A DNA stretch of 64,000 nt from Acidobacteriota bacterium (GTDB taxonomy: Bacteria; Acidobacteriota; Thermoanaerobaculia; Gp7-AA8): contig JAFATB010000012.1 in the NCBI GenBank assembly GCA_019244185.1, forward strand, positions 1-64,000, read 5' to 3'. Under the pieces are notes generated by a model. That model searched no databases. It was given only the letters and a program-made list of their open reading frames with translations, and was not told the DNA's origin. A program made the position numbers and the translations under genes. Shown one piece after another: positions 1-9,518 of the stretch (positions are counted from its first letter, which is position 1; each line of letters starts with the position of its first letter).

Positions 1-649
1 TCACATGCTTCAGTACGTCGGCACGCAGACGTGCCGTTGCGGCTTTGCGATCGCCGTCTGCAGGAAGACTGCGGAACGCTTCATAGGCCTCGAGAGGGAA
101 CTTGGCGTCGACGACGATAACGCCTTCGACGTTCGGCACGCGGATCACGCAATCCGGGCGTCTGCCGTTCGACAGCGTGAACTGAAACTCGAACTGGTTG
201 GGCGCCAGCTGGTCGGCGATGATCGCCTCCATGCGCTCCTGGCCGAACGCGCCGCGCGTCTGTTTGTCCGACAGGATTTCCTGAAGGCTGACGACCTGAC
301 CGGACAATGCGGTGATGTTCTTCTGAGCTTGGTCAATGACGTTCAGCCGCTCGCCGATGCCCGCGATGGTCGCAGCAGTCTGGCTTGCGCTCGCGCTCAG
401 CGTTTCGCCAAGCCGCTTGTCCAGCGCCTCGATCCGTTCTGACAACGTGCGCTGCAGTGCCGCCTGCGCCTCCACCGTCTGCTGGAACCGGCCCGCGATC
501 TCGCCCTGCTGCGCCATCACGCTGTCGAGCCGCGGATCGGGCGGCGGCACCTCGGGCGCAGCAACGGGCGCACGGCCGCGCATCGCGAAGGCCATGATTC
601 CCGCCGCCGCGACGATCGCAATGCCCAGCACAATCAGCCCTAATTCCAT
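1..649 (-). CDS. rmuC: DNA recombination protein RmuC (3' end runs off window)
   Basis: Not in the ORF track because it has no stop in the window. My translation from ATG 649: MELGLIVLGIAIVAAAG (TM), coiled coil, then RGAFGQERMEAII...RRPDCVIRVP...VVDAKFPLEAY, the RmuC nuclease-like motifs. Confidence 0.88.
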   Translation of the reverse strand, partial: MELGLIVLGIAIVAAAGIMAFAMRGRAPVAAPEVPPPDPRLDSVMAQQGEIAGRFQQTVEAQAALQRTLSERIEALDKRLGETLSASASQTAATIAGIGERLNVIDQAQKNITALSGQVVSLQEILSDKQTRGAFGQERMEAIIADQLAPNQFEFQFTLSNGRRPDCVIRVPNVEGVIVVDAKFPLEAYEAFRSLPADGDRKAATARLRADVLKHV

Positions 650-702
650 GTGTTTCAGCGTTTCCCTTGACCGTGCCGGGTTCCGCGACTATCTCCCGGC
701 GC

Positions 703-1221
703 ATGGCCATCCGACCCATCCTTACCGCGCCCGATCCGCGCCTCAAAGCCGTCTCTACGGCCGTCGAAACCGTCGACGCGGCGGTGCGCAAGCTGATCGA
801 TGACATGGTCGATTCGATGTATGAGGCAGACGGCATCGGCCTCGCCGCGGTGCAGATCGGTGAGCCGAAGCGCATCATCGTGATGGACCTCGACCAGAAA
901 GACGGCAAGAAGAACCCGCGCCACTTCATCAACCCGGTCATCACCTGGCGCTCGGAAGAGATCGCGACCTTCGAAGAGGGGTGCCTCTCGGTGCCGGAGA
1001 TCTGGGAAGATGTTGAGCGTTCCGCGCGCATCAAGGCCGAGTACCTCGACCGCGATGGCAAGAAGCACGAGATCGAAGCCGACGGCCTGCTCGCCACCTG
1101 CCTCCAGCATGAGATGGACCATCTCGAAGGCGTGCTCTTCATCGATCACCTGTCGAAGCTCAAGCGCTCGATGGCGCTGCGCAAGCTGCAAAAGGCGAAG
1201 CGTCTGAAAGACGCCGGCTAG
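703..1221 (+). CDS. def: Peptide deformylase
   Basis: Motifs GIGLAAVQIG, EGCLSVP and QHEMDHLEG; ATG 703 (MAIRPIL). Confidence 0.97.
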   Translation: MAIRPILTAPDPRLKAVSTAVETVDAAVRKLIDDMVDSMYEADGIGLAAVQIGEPKRIIVMDLDQKDGKKNPRHFINPVITWRSEEIATFEEGCLSVPEIWEDVERSARIKAEYLDRDGKKHEIEADGLLATCLQHEMDHLEGVLFIDHLSKLKRSMALRKLQKAKRLKDAG

Positions 1222-1227
1222 TTCGCG

Positions 1228-2148
1228 GTGGCGCTTCGCCTCGCCTTCATGGGCACGCCCGATTTCGCGGTGCCGACGCTCGCCGAGTTGATCGGCCAAG
1301 GCCATGACATCGCCTGCGTCTATTCCCAACCGCCGCGTCCCAAAGGCCGCGGCTATGAAACCGAGCCGTCGCCCGTGCACATGCTCGCGCTCACGCACAA
1401 ACTGCCGGTTCGCACGCCGGTGTCGCTGAAAGACCCGGCGCAGCAGGAGCTGTTCGCCGCGCTCAGTCTCGACGCGACAATAGTCGTCGCCTACGGCCTC
1501 TTGCTGCCCAAGCCCATTCTTGATGCGCCGAAGCTCGGCTGTTTCAACCTGCACGGCTCACTCCTGCCGCGCTGGCGCGGCGCCGCGCCGATCCAGCGCG
1601 CGATCGAGGCGGGCGATGCGGTCACCGGCGCGACGATCATGCGCATCGACGAAGAGCTCGATCACGGTCCGATGCTGGCGATTGCGACGACGGAGATCGG
1701 CGCCGACGAGCGGACGCCCGCGCTCGCGCGGCGGCTCTCCACGATCGGCGCGGAGGCGCTCGCACGCGTGCTGCGCGATCTCGAGCACGCCGTCGAGACG
1801 CCGCAGGATCATGCCCGCGCGACGCTCGCGCCGAAGATCGAAAAATCCGAGGGCGAGATCCGCTTCGACGAAGGCGCGCAGGCGATCTACAACCGCTTCC
1901 GCGCGTTCGATCCGTGGCCCGGGATCTTCGTCGTCAGCAACGGCGAGCCGATCAAGCTCACCGAGCTGACAGCGGTGCAAGCGTCCGCCGCCCCGCGCAC
2001 GATCCTCGCGATCGACGACGGCGTGACCATCGCGTGCGGCGACGGCGCGTTGCGCATCGTCGAGATGCAGCGTCCGGGCAAGCCGCGCACGCCCGCCGCC
2101 GCCGTCGCGCGCGGCCTCGGCTGGCGCATCGGCGAACGGGTTCCATGA
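1228..2148 (+). CDS. fmt: Methionyl-tRNA formyltransferase (possibly chimeric)
   Basis: FMGTPDFAV, VVAYG, NLHGSLLPRWRGAAPIQRAI; follows def. Confidence 0.95.
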   Translation: MALRLAFMGTPDFAVPTLAELIGQGHDIACVYSQPPRPKGRGYETEPSPVHMLALTHKLPVRTPVSLKDPAQQELFAALSLDATIVVAYGLLLPKPILDAPKLGCFNLHGSLLPRWRGAAPIQRAIEAGDAVTGATIMRIDEELDHGPMLAIATTEIGADERTPALARRLSTIGAEALARVLRDLEHAVETPQDHARATLAPKIEKSEGEIRFDEGAQAIYNRFRAFDPWPGIFVVSNGEPIKLTELTAVQASAAPRTILAIDDGVTIACGDGALRIVEMQRPGKPRTPAAAVARGLGWRIGERVP

Positions 2149-3284
2149 CCGACCGCGAGCGCGCGCTTCATCTCCTGCAGCGCATCGAGCGCGAAGGTCT
2201 TTACGCGTCGCTCGTCCTGCAGCACGAGACCGGTTTCGTGCGCACGCTCGTCCTCGGCGTGCTGCGCTGGCGCTCGCGCCTCGACTTCGTCATCAGCGAG
2301 CTTGCCGCGCGTCCGCTGAAGAAGCTCGACACGCTAGTCGTCGAGGTTCTGCGCACCGGCGTCTATCAGCTGCTGTACATGGACGTCGCAAAGTACGCCG
2401 CCGTGTCGGAGACGGTCGACCTCGCGCCGAAACGCGCGCGCGGCATCGTCAACGCCGTGCTGCGCCGCGTGTCCGAAGGGCACGCACCCGAGCCGCGCGA
2501 TGTCGCGACGCGCACCGCGCATCCGCCGTGGCTCATCGAGCGCTGGACGCGCGCGTACGGCGCGGAGCGCGCGTCGAAGATCGCGGACGCGAATCAGCAG
2601 CTCTCGTATCCCGACGTGCTCGCGCTCGCGGGCGAGGCGCCGCCGGACGCGATTGCGTCGACGCTCGTGCCCGAGCTCTGGAAGCTGCACGGCTCGTCGG
2701 CCGAGCTCGATCGCGCGCGGTTCCATCCGATGGACGAAGGCAGCGCCGTCATCGCCGCGATCGCGCGCGCGTGCGGCGAGGACGTCCTCGATCTTGCCGC
2801 GGCGCCGGGCGGCAAGACGATCTACATGCGCCATCGCGGCGCGCGTGTCGTGGCGAACGACGTCTCCATCGCGCGCCTGCGTCCGCTCGCGAAGCATCAC
2901 GACCGCATCGTCGTCGCCGACGGCCGCCGCCCGCCCTTCACGCGCAAGTTCGACGTCGTGCTGCTCGACGCGCCGTGCAGCGCCACCGGCACGATCCGCA
3001 AGAATCCGGAGATCAAGTGGCGGCTGCGCGAGAGCGAGCTCGCCGCCTTCGCAAAGCTGCAGCGCGAGCTGCTCGACTCCGCGCTGGAGCTCGCGTCGCA
3101 GTACGTCGTCTATTCGACCTGCTCGCTCGAGCCGGAAGAGAACGACGCGGTCGTGAACGGCCGCCACGTCGACGCGACACCGTTCGTTCCCGAGGGTGCG
3201 CGCGCGTGGATCGACGGCGGCGTGCTGCGGCTCACGCCGGAATCGGGCGCGGATGGCTTCACCGCGTTCGTCATTCGACGTTAG
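2145..3284 (+). CDS. rsmB: 16S rRNA m5C967 methyltransferase RsmB/Sun (NusB-like N-terminus, compact)
   Basis: ATGA overlap with fmt; DLAAAPGGKT, LLDAPCSATG, YSTCSLEPEEN. Confidence 0.92.
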   Translation: MTDRERALHLLQRIEREGLYASLVLQHETGFVRTLVLGVLRWRSRLDFVISELAARPLKKLDTLVVEVLRTGVYQLLYMDVAKYAAVSETVDLAPKRARGIVNAVLRRVSEGHAPEPRDVATRTAHPPWLIERWTRAYGAERASKIADANQQLSYPDVLALAGEAPPDAIASTLVPELWKLHGSSAELDRARFHPMDEGSAVIAAIARACGEDVLDLAAAPGGKTIYMRHRGARVVANDVSIARLRPLAKHHDRIVVADGRRPPFTRKFDVVLLDAPCSATGTIRKNPEIKWRLRESELAAFAKLQRELLDSALELASQYVVYSTCSLEPEENDAVVNGRHVDATPFVPEGARAWIDGGVLRLTPESGADGFTAFVIRR

Positions 3285-3295
3285 ACTCTCGCGCC

Positions 3296-5245
3296 GTGCC
3301 TCGCGACTTACCGATCGGCAACGGCTCGCTGCTCGTCGCGTTCGACGCGCAGTACCGCTTGGCCGACTTTTACTTTCCGCGCGTCGGCATGGAGAACCAT
3401 GCCGCGGCGCGGTTCCGCTTCGGCGTCTTCTGCGATGAGCAGCTGCATCCGACCGACGAGGCGCCGTGGCAGCGCACGCTCGACTATCTGCGCGACACGC
3501 TCGTCACCGACGTGCAGCTGCAGCACGACGGCATCGGCATCCGCCTGCGCTGCTACGACGCGGTCGATCCCGATTCGAACGTTTACGTCCGCAAGATCGT
3601 CGTGCGGAACCTGCGCGCCGAGGCGCGGGACATCAAGCTGTTCCTGCATCATGATTTTTCGCTGTACGGCAACGCCATCGGCGACACGGTGATGTTCGAG
3701 CCGAACGCCGGCGCGATCGTGCAGTACAAGGCGCGGCGCTACGTGCTCGTCGACTGTGCGGTCGATGGTGACGCGGGCGTGCACGAGTACGCGTGCGGGC
3801 GCAGCAGCACGACCGGCGCGGAAGGATCGTTCGCCGACGCGCAGGATGGCGTGCTGTCGATGAACGCAATCGCGCACGGCGCCGTCGACTCGACCATCGG
3901 CATTCCGCTGCATCTCGACGCGAACGGCAGCGCGACGGCGTTGTACTGGATCTGCACCGGCACGTCCTACGACGAAGTGCGCACGCTCGATCAGCGCGTT
4001 CGCGCCGAGACCGCCGCGCACCTGCTTTCCCGCACCGGCTCGTACTGGTACACGTGGGTCAACAAGCCGGACGCGGATCTCAGCGCGCTGCCGGACGAGA
4101 TCATCGATCTCTATCGGCGCTCGCTGCTCATCGTGGCGACGCAGTGCGATCGCGGTGGCGGCGTCGTCGCGGCGAACGACTCCGACATCGCGTGGGGCCA
4201 CAACGATCACTACTCGTACGTCTGGACGCGCGACGCGGCGTTCGTCTGCGATGCGATGGACCGCGCCGGCTTTCCCGAGCTCGCGCGCCGCTTCCTGCTC
4301 TTCGCCTGCGACGTCATCCGCGACGAGGGCTTCTTCCTCAACAAGTACAACCCCGACGGCTCGATCGCGCCGCTGTGGCATCCGTGGGTGCGCGACGGCC
4401 GTCCGCAGCTTCCCATCCAGGAAGACGAGACCGCGCTGGTGATCTGGCTCCTCGGCCGCCATTACGCCCGCACGCGCGATCTCGACCTGCTGCGCGCCGT
4501 CTATCAACGCCTCGTCGTCAATGCCGCCGACTTCCTCGTGCGCTACCGCGACACGGAAACGTGTCTGCCGCGTCCGTCCTTCGACATGTGGGAGGAGCGG
4601 CAAGGCGTCTTCACGTTCACGTGCGCGTCGGTGTGGGCGGGTCTGCAGGCGGCGGCGGAGCTCGCGAATCTCTTCAACGACCAGGAGCATCGCGCGACGT
4701 ACGCGAAGGCGGCGACGGAAGTGCGCGACGCGATGCGCAAGCATCTGTGGCTCGAAGAGGAAGGGCGCTTCGCGCGCGGCCTCGTCGTCGGCGACGATCA
4801 CCAGCTCGTCTGCGACAAGACCATCGATTCCTCCGCCTTCGCCGCGTTCTACCTCGGCGTCTTCCCCGCCGAGAGCGCGCTCGTCGAGGGAACGATGCGC
4901 GCGATCGCCGAGGAGCTGGCGGTGCATACCGACACCGGCGGTTATGCGCGTTACGAGAACGACGCGTATCACCGCATCTCCGAAGAGACCGATCGCGTGC
5001 CGGGAAACCCGTGGATCCTTTGCACGCTCTGGCTTGCCGAACACGATCTCGCCAAGGGCGACGTGCAGTCGGCGCTCGACCGCGTGCGCTGGGCGCGGGC
5101 GAAGGCCACCGAGTCGCTGGTGCTGCCCGAGCAGGTCGATCCGTACGACGGCCAGCCGCTTTCGGTCGCGCCGCTGACGTGGAGTCACGCGCAGGTCGTG
5201 AGCATCGTGCAGGGCGCGCTCGAAACGCTTCGGCGCACGCGCTGA
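3296..5245 (+). CDS. Glycoside hydrolase family 15 (glucoamylase-like)
   Basis: GTG 3296 (PRDLPIGNGSLL); YSYVWTRD, DMWEE, LPEQV and PLTWSHA motifs. Confidence 0.9.
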   Translation: MPRDLPIGNGSLLVAFDAQYRLADFYFPRVGMENHAAARFRFGVFCDEQLHPTDEAPWQRTLDYLRDTLVTDVQLQHDGIGIRLRCYDAVDPDSNVYVRKIVVRNLRAEARDIKLFLHHDFSLYGNAIGDTVMFEPNAGAIVQYKARRYVLVDCAVDGDAGVHEYACGRSSTTGAEGSFADAQDGVLSMNAIAHGAVDSTIGIPLHLDANGSATALYWICTGTSYDEVRTLDQRVRAETAAHLLSRTGSYWYTWVNKPDADLSALPDEIIDLYRRSLLIVATQCDRGGGVVAANDSDIAWGHNDHYSYVWTRDAAFVCDAMDRAGFPELARRFLLFACDVIRDEGFFLNKYNPDGSIAPLWHPWVRDGRPQLPIQEDETALVIWLLGRHYARTRDLDLLRAVYQRLVVNAADFLVRYRDTETCLPRPSFDMWEERQGVFTFTCASVWAGLQAAAELANLFNDQEHRATYAKAATEVRDAMRKHLWLEEEGRFARGLVVGDDHQLVCDKTIDSSAFAAFYLGVFPAESALVEGTMRAIAEELAVHTDTGGYARYENDAYHRISEETDRVPGNPWILCTLWLAEHDLAKGDVQSALDRVRWARAKATESLVLPEQVDPYDGQPLSVAPLTWSHAQVVSIVQGALETLRRTR

Positions 5246-5265
5246 AAACTCGCGCCGCCGCGCGT

Positions 5266-5294
5266 TTGACAATCCGGAATCCTTTCCCTAGATT
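5266..5294 (+). promoter_or_regulatory. Sigma70-type promoter of the HU gene
   Basis: TTGACA-N17-TAGATT; GGAGG SD before ATG 5353. Confidence 0.75.
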
Positions 5295-5352
5295 GTCGAA
5301 CAATCCGACAACACGCACATTGCAGCGGTCCCGCAAAGAGGAGGGTTCGTAT

Positions 5353-5658
5353 ATGGCTGGTAAGGCCGACGTCATCAACGCCATCGCCGATCAGGCCGGG
5401 ATTTCCAAGAAAGAGGCCGCGGCGGCGTTCGACGCGTTCGTGGCGTACATCACCGACGTCTGCCAGCGCGGCGAACGCTGCGCGGTTCCGGGACTCGGCA
5501 GTTTCTCCGTGACGAGCCGGAAAGCGCGCGAGGGACGCAACCCCCGCACAAAGGAAACGATCACCATCCCCGCCTCGAAGAACGTGCGCTTCAAAGCAGG
5601 CAAGGACCTGCGCGACCTGCTCAATGTCGCGCCGAAAAAAGGCAAAGCGCGTAAATAG
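5353..5658 (+). CDS. hup: DNA-binding protein HU
   Basis: GLGSF...RKAREGRNPRTKETITIPA...FKAGKDL; short Lys-rich tail. Confidence 0.93.
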   Translation: MAGKADVINAIADQAGISKKEAAAAFDAFVAYITDVCQRGERCAVPGLGSFSVTSRKAREGRNPRTKETITIPASKNVRFKAGKDLRDLLNVAPKKGKARK

Positions 5659-5661
5659 CCG

Positions 5662-6690
5662 CTATTCGCCCCACTTGCGCGGCAGGAACAGCCGCGCATA
5701 GAGGTTCATCGCATAACGGTCCGTCATCCCGGCGATGAAATCGATGGCCAGGCGTTCGACCGGCTCGCCATTGTGAGTCTGTAGAAATTCGTCGGGATGC
5801 GCGACGACATACTCGAACAATGCCGTGAGCATCGCCTGCGCCTTGACGATCTCCGTCGTCACCGGCTCGCGCAAATACATGTTCTCGAACATGTATTTGC
5901 GTAATGCCTCCAATGCCTCCAATACCTCGGCGGACATGGCGATCTGCGCGTAATCGCGGGCCAGCGTCGACGTAATGACGTCGCGCACCATGCGGTCGAT
6001 GCGCGCGCCGCCGGTGCGGCCGAGGGTCGACAGGATGTCCGCGGGGATGTCGTCCTCGCGGATGATGTCGGCGCGGATGCCGTCGTCGATGTCGTGATTG
6101 ACGTAGGCGATGATGTCGGAGATGCGGACGATGTCGCCTTCGAGCGTCAATGCGCGCGATTTCGGACGCGTGCGCAGCAGTTCGCCTTTTTCGCCTTTGG
6201 AGTGCTTGAGAATTCCGTCGCGCACTTCGACGGTGAGATTGAGGCCGCGCCCGTCGTTCTCCAGCACTTCGACGACGCGCACGGATTGTCTGTAATGATC
6301 GAATCCGCCGTGCACGAGCTTATTGAGCGCGGCCTCGCCGGCGTGGCCGAATGCGGAATGCCCGAGGTCGTGGCCGAGGCCGATTGCTTCGGTCAGCACT
6401 TCATTGAGGCGCAGTGATTTCGCAATGGTGCGTCCGATCTGCGTCACTTCGAGCACGTGCGTGAGGCGCGTGCGATAGTGATCGCCCTCGGGCGCGAGAA
6501 AGACCTGCGTCTTGTGCTTGAGCCGGCGGAAGGCTTTGCAGTGGATGATGCGGTCGCGGTCGCGCTGATACGACGGGCGCAGATCGTCTTCGGGCTCGGC
6601 GCGGTCGCGGCCGCGCGTTTCTGCGCTTTTGGCCGCCTGCGGGACGAGCGTGTCGTATTCGATCCGCTCGAGCGTCTCTCGAATGTTCAT
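5662..6690 (-). CDS. dgt: dNTP triphosphohydrolase (dGTPase-like, HD domain)
   Basis: RDRDRIIH.KAFRRLKHKTQVF, RTRLTH, GHDLGHSAFGHAGE, DFIAGMTD. Confidence 0.92.
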   Translation of the reverse strand: MNIRETLERIEYDTLVPQAAKSAETRGRDRAEPEDDLRPSYQRDRDRIIHCKAFRRLKHKTQVFLAPEGDHYRTRLTHVLEVTQIGRTIAKSLRLNEVLTEAIGLGHDLGHSAFGHAGEAALNKLVHGGFDHYRQSVRVVEVLENDGRGLNLTVEVRDGILKHSKGEKGELLRTRPKSRALTLEGDIVRISDIIAYVNHDIDDGIRADIIREDDIPADILSTLGRTGGARIDRMVRDVITSTLARDYAQIAMSAEVLEALEALRKYMFENMYLREPVTTEIVKAQAMLTALFEYVVAHPDEFLQTHNGEPVERLAIDFIAGMTDRYAMNLYARLFLPRKWGE

Positions 6691-6703
6691 GCCGCGCGCG
6701 AGT

Positions 6704-8269
6704 CTACCTGACCGCGCGCCGCTTCACTTTCGTTCCCGGGACGACGAGCAGCGTGACGCTCTGCCGCGGCAACGTGAGCGTTGCGTTGGCGGCGACGTCG
6801 GCCGCGCGCGCGATCGTTCCGTTCGCGAGCTGCCACCGTTGCGCGTTGCCGCGCGGAACGAAGTTCGCGAGCTGCAGCTGCACGGACGCCTCGGCGTCGA
6901 GCTGTTTGTTGATCAGCACGATCGTCAGCGCGTTGTCGCGCGTGCGGATCGCCGCGAAGGCCGCGACTTCGTCCGGCTGCGGCGCGGTTGCCTCGACGCT
7001 GACGTCGCCGAATGACGATTTCGCGCCATCGTAATTGCGATAGAGCTTGAACGCGTTGTAGACGGGCGAGCCCGTTGGCGGCGTCGTCCAGCGCGCGGCG
7101 AGATCGAGTCCTTCACGCCCGAAGATGCCGAGGAGATCTGCCTGCGCCGTCGCGCCGTTCATCAGCTGATCGGCGCCCCAGCTGTATTCGGTGATGCCGG
7201 TCTGCAGGCCCGGTGCGTATTGCGCGGTCCACTCTTTGAGGCGCGGAACGAGCCGTACGTTCGCATCGATCCAGCTCGGATCGCGATAGCTCGCGTCCCA
7301 CAGATCGCGCGTCGATACGTTGCGCTGCAGCTGCGCGGTGCGTGAGTCGTCGTCGCTGAACTCGCGCTGCTGCGGATAGAAGTGCACCGTGAGCACGTCG
7401 AGCAGACGCTTGCCGGTCGCCTGTTCGTGCGCGCGGATCTCCCGCAGCAGCCACGGCACATAGTCCATGCCGCCGTGCGCCATGCGATCCGGCGTCGACG
7501 ACCAGTTCTGATGTTCGTCCGCCCACTGCTGGTCGTAACCGCTGAGCAGATATCCGAGCCAGCCCCATTCCTCGGGACCGAGCATGATCGCGTTCGGATT
7601 CGCGTCGCGGATCATCGACGCGTAGTCGATGGTGCGCGCGAGCATCTCGTCCATCGTCGCGCCGGTCGGCTTCACGTCGCGATGCGTCCACTGCCAGAGC
7701 GACGGCTCGTTGTCGAGAAGGTAGTAGCGCAGCCCTTCGCCGGCCATGTGCGCGACCCACGCGCGGAAGAACGACGGATCGACGACGAGGTTCGCGTCGT
7801 GCGGATCGTTGTTCGCGATCTCGCCGCCGCCGGAATGGACGCCGTTCCCCGCGTCGGGAAACCATTGCCAGTCGCGGTCCTGCTGCGCGCCGTATTTCGC
7901 GATGGAGAAGCTCGAAAGCCGCTCGCGATGCGGGCCGAGCCGCGCGACCCAACCGATCATCGGGATCGTGTACGCGGCGCTCGCGCCGCCGCGTTGCGTG
8001 GCGGTGATGAAGTCGTCCGCGGCGCCGCTCGGCGTGTTCGGTCCTTCCTCGAGACTCTCGAAGTACCAGTCGCTCGCGTGATTGGTCGCGTTCTGTTCCC
8101 AGTTGTAGCGCGTCGTCGCGTTGCCGCCGGAGCGGTTGAACGCCACGTTGAGGTCGCGCAGCTGCGCTTCCGACGCGAAGTTCAGGCCGTAGACGCGCGG
8201 GTCGATCGGATGCCGGCCGGCCGCGGCGGCGATGCGAATCGTGACGACGAGCGCGAGCAGAAAGTGCAT
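6704..8269 (-). CDS. Secreted glycoside hydrolase family 44 (endoglucanase/xyloglucanase)
   Basis: Signal peptide; RSGGNATTRYNW, LDNEP (acid/base), ITEYSWG (nucleophile); ends KRRAVR. Start could be 8275. Confidence 0.85.
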   Translation of the reverse strand: MHFLLALVVTIRIAAAAGRHPIDPRVYGLNFASEAQLRDLNVAFNRSGGNATTRYNWEQNATNHASDWYFESLEEGPNTPSGAADDFITATQRGGASAAYTIPMIGWVARLGPHRERLSSFSIAKYGAQQDRDWQWFPDAGNGVHSGGGEIANNDPHDANLVVDPSFFRAWVAHMAGEGLRYYLLDNEPSLWQWTHRDVKPTGATMDEMLARTIDYASMIRDANPNAIMLGPEEWGWLGYLLSGYDQQWADEHQNWSSTPDRMAHGGMDYVPWLLREIRAHEQATGKRLLDVLTVHFYPQQREFSDDDSRTAQLQRNVSTRDLWDASYRDPSWIDANVRLVPRLKEWTAQYAPGLQTGITEYSWGADQLMNGATAQADLLGIFGREGLDLAARWTTPPTGSPVYNAFKLYRNYDGAKSSFGDVSVEATAPQPDEVAAFAAIRTRDNALTIVLINKQLDAEASVQLQLANFVPRGNAQRWQLANGTIARAADVAANATLTLPRQSVTLLVVPGTKVKRRAVR

Positions 8270-8279
8270 GGCCACCGCC

Positions 8280-8726
8280 TCACAGAACGAGCTCCAGAAA
8301 GCGCGTTCCCGCTACCGGGTTGTAGCGATACGGCAGGATATCGGTGAAGCCGAGGTGTTCATAGAGACGAATTGCGCGGCCCATCGTCGGCAGCGAATCG
8401 AGGCGCATGGCGCGATGGCCGCGGCCGCGCGCGAGCTCGATCAGCGCGACGGCGAGCGCGCGTCCGACGCCGTGCTGCTGATACGCCGGCCGCACGTAGA
8501 GCCGCTTCATCTCGCAGACGCCGTCGCCGAGGTCGCGCAGGGCGATGCAGCCGGCAACGTCGTCGTTCCAATGGGCGAAGAGAATCGGATCGTAATGGCC
8601 GGGCAGCGTCGCCAGCTCTTCGCTGAAGTGCTGGAATTCGAGATCGACTCCGGTCGACGCGGCGTATTCGCGAAACAGCACACGCACCGCGTCCATGTCG
8701 GTCGCCGGCGCGATGCGGAGCGTCAC
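8280..8726 (-). CDS. GNAT N-acetyltransferase
   Basis: GTG overlapping the phzF-family stop; CEMKRLYVRP, GVGRAL, AIRLYEHLGF. Confidence 0.88.
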   Translation of the reverse strand: MTLRIAPATDMDAVRVLFREYAASTGVDLEFQHFSEELATLPGHYDPILFAHWNDDVAGCIALRDLGDGVCEMKRLYVRPAYQQHGVGRALAVALIELARGRGHRAMRLDSLPTMGRAIRLYEHLGFTDILPYRYNPVAGTRFLELVL

Positions 8727-9511
8727 ACCACGAGCTCTCCGCGCAGCACCGTCACCGCGTTGCCGCGGAGCTTCACGCGAGCGCCGTCGACGCGCACGCG
8801 CACAATGCCGCCGCGCGCCGACGCCTGAAAGCCGGTGAGCTCTTCGCGTCCGAGCTTCGCGGCCCAGTACGGCGCGAGCGCGCAATGCGCGGAGCCGGTC
8901 ACCGGATCTTCGTCGACGCCGGAGCCGGGCGCGAAGAAGCGCGACACGAAGTCGTAGTCGCCATTCGATGCGCGGCTCGTGACGATGACGCCGCGCACCG
9001 GAATCGTGCGCAGCCGCGCGTGATCGGGCGCGAGCGCGCGAACCGTTTCCTCGGAGTCGACTTCGACGAGGTAGTCGAACTTGTTGCGGCCGATGAACGA
9101 CGCGCCCGCGAGGCCGAGCGCGTCGAGCAGACCATCCGGCGCGTCGGATGCGTTCGCGGCGGTCGCGGGGAAATCGAGCTCGATCCATTCACCGTCGCGA
9201 TCGGCGGTGAGGAGGCCGCTCTTCGTGTAGAAGCGCGCGCGCTCGTTCGCGTCGAGCAGCTGCTCTTCCCACAACGCGTGCGCGCTGGCGAGTGTGGCGT
9301 GGCCGCAGAGCGCGACTTCGACGGCCGGCGTGAACCAGCGCAGCGAGTAGCCGTCGTCGCGCTGCAGCAGGAACGCGGTCTCGGAGAGGTTCATCTCCGC
9401 GGCGACGTTCTGCATCCACGCGTCGTCGCGCTCGCGATCGAGCAGGCACACCGCCGCCGGGTTCCCGCGGAACGCGGCGGCGGTGAATGCGTCGACCTGG
9501 ATGAGGCGCAT
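8723..9511 (-). CDS. PhzF-family epimerase/isomerase
   Basis: VDAF...GNPAAV, NLSETAF, EVALCGHATLA, EDPVTGSAH. Confidence 0.93.
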   Translation of the reverse strand: MRLIQVDAFTAAAFRGNPAAVCLLDRERDDAWMQNVAAEMNLSETAFLLQRDDGYSLRWFTPAVEVALCGHATLASAHALWEEQLLDANERARFYTKSGLLTADRDGEWIELDFPATAANASDAPDGLLDALGLAGASFIGRNKFDYLVEVDSEETVRALAPDHARLRTIPVRGVIVTSRASNGDYDFVSRFFAPGSGVDEDPVTGSAHCALAPYWAAKLGREELTGFQASARGGIVRVRVDGARVKLRGNAVTVLRGELVV

Positions 9512-9518
9512 GCGCGCG

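Noticed and set aside
5903-5928. AATGCCTCC 9-mer tandem in dgt
   Set aside because: It simply encodes the helical EVLEALEAL segment.
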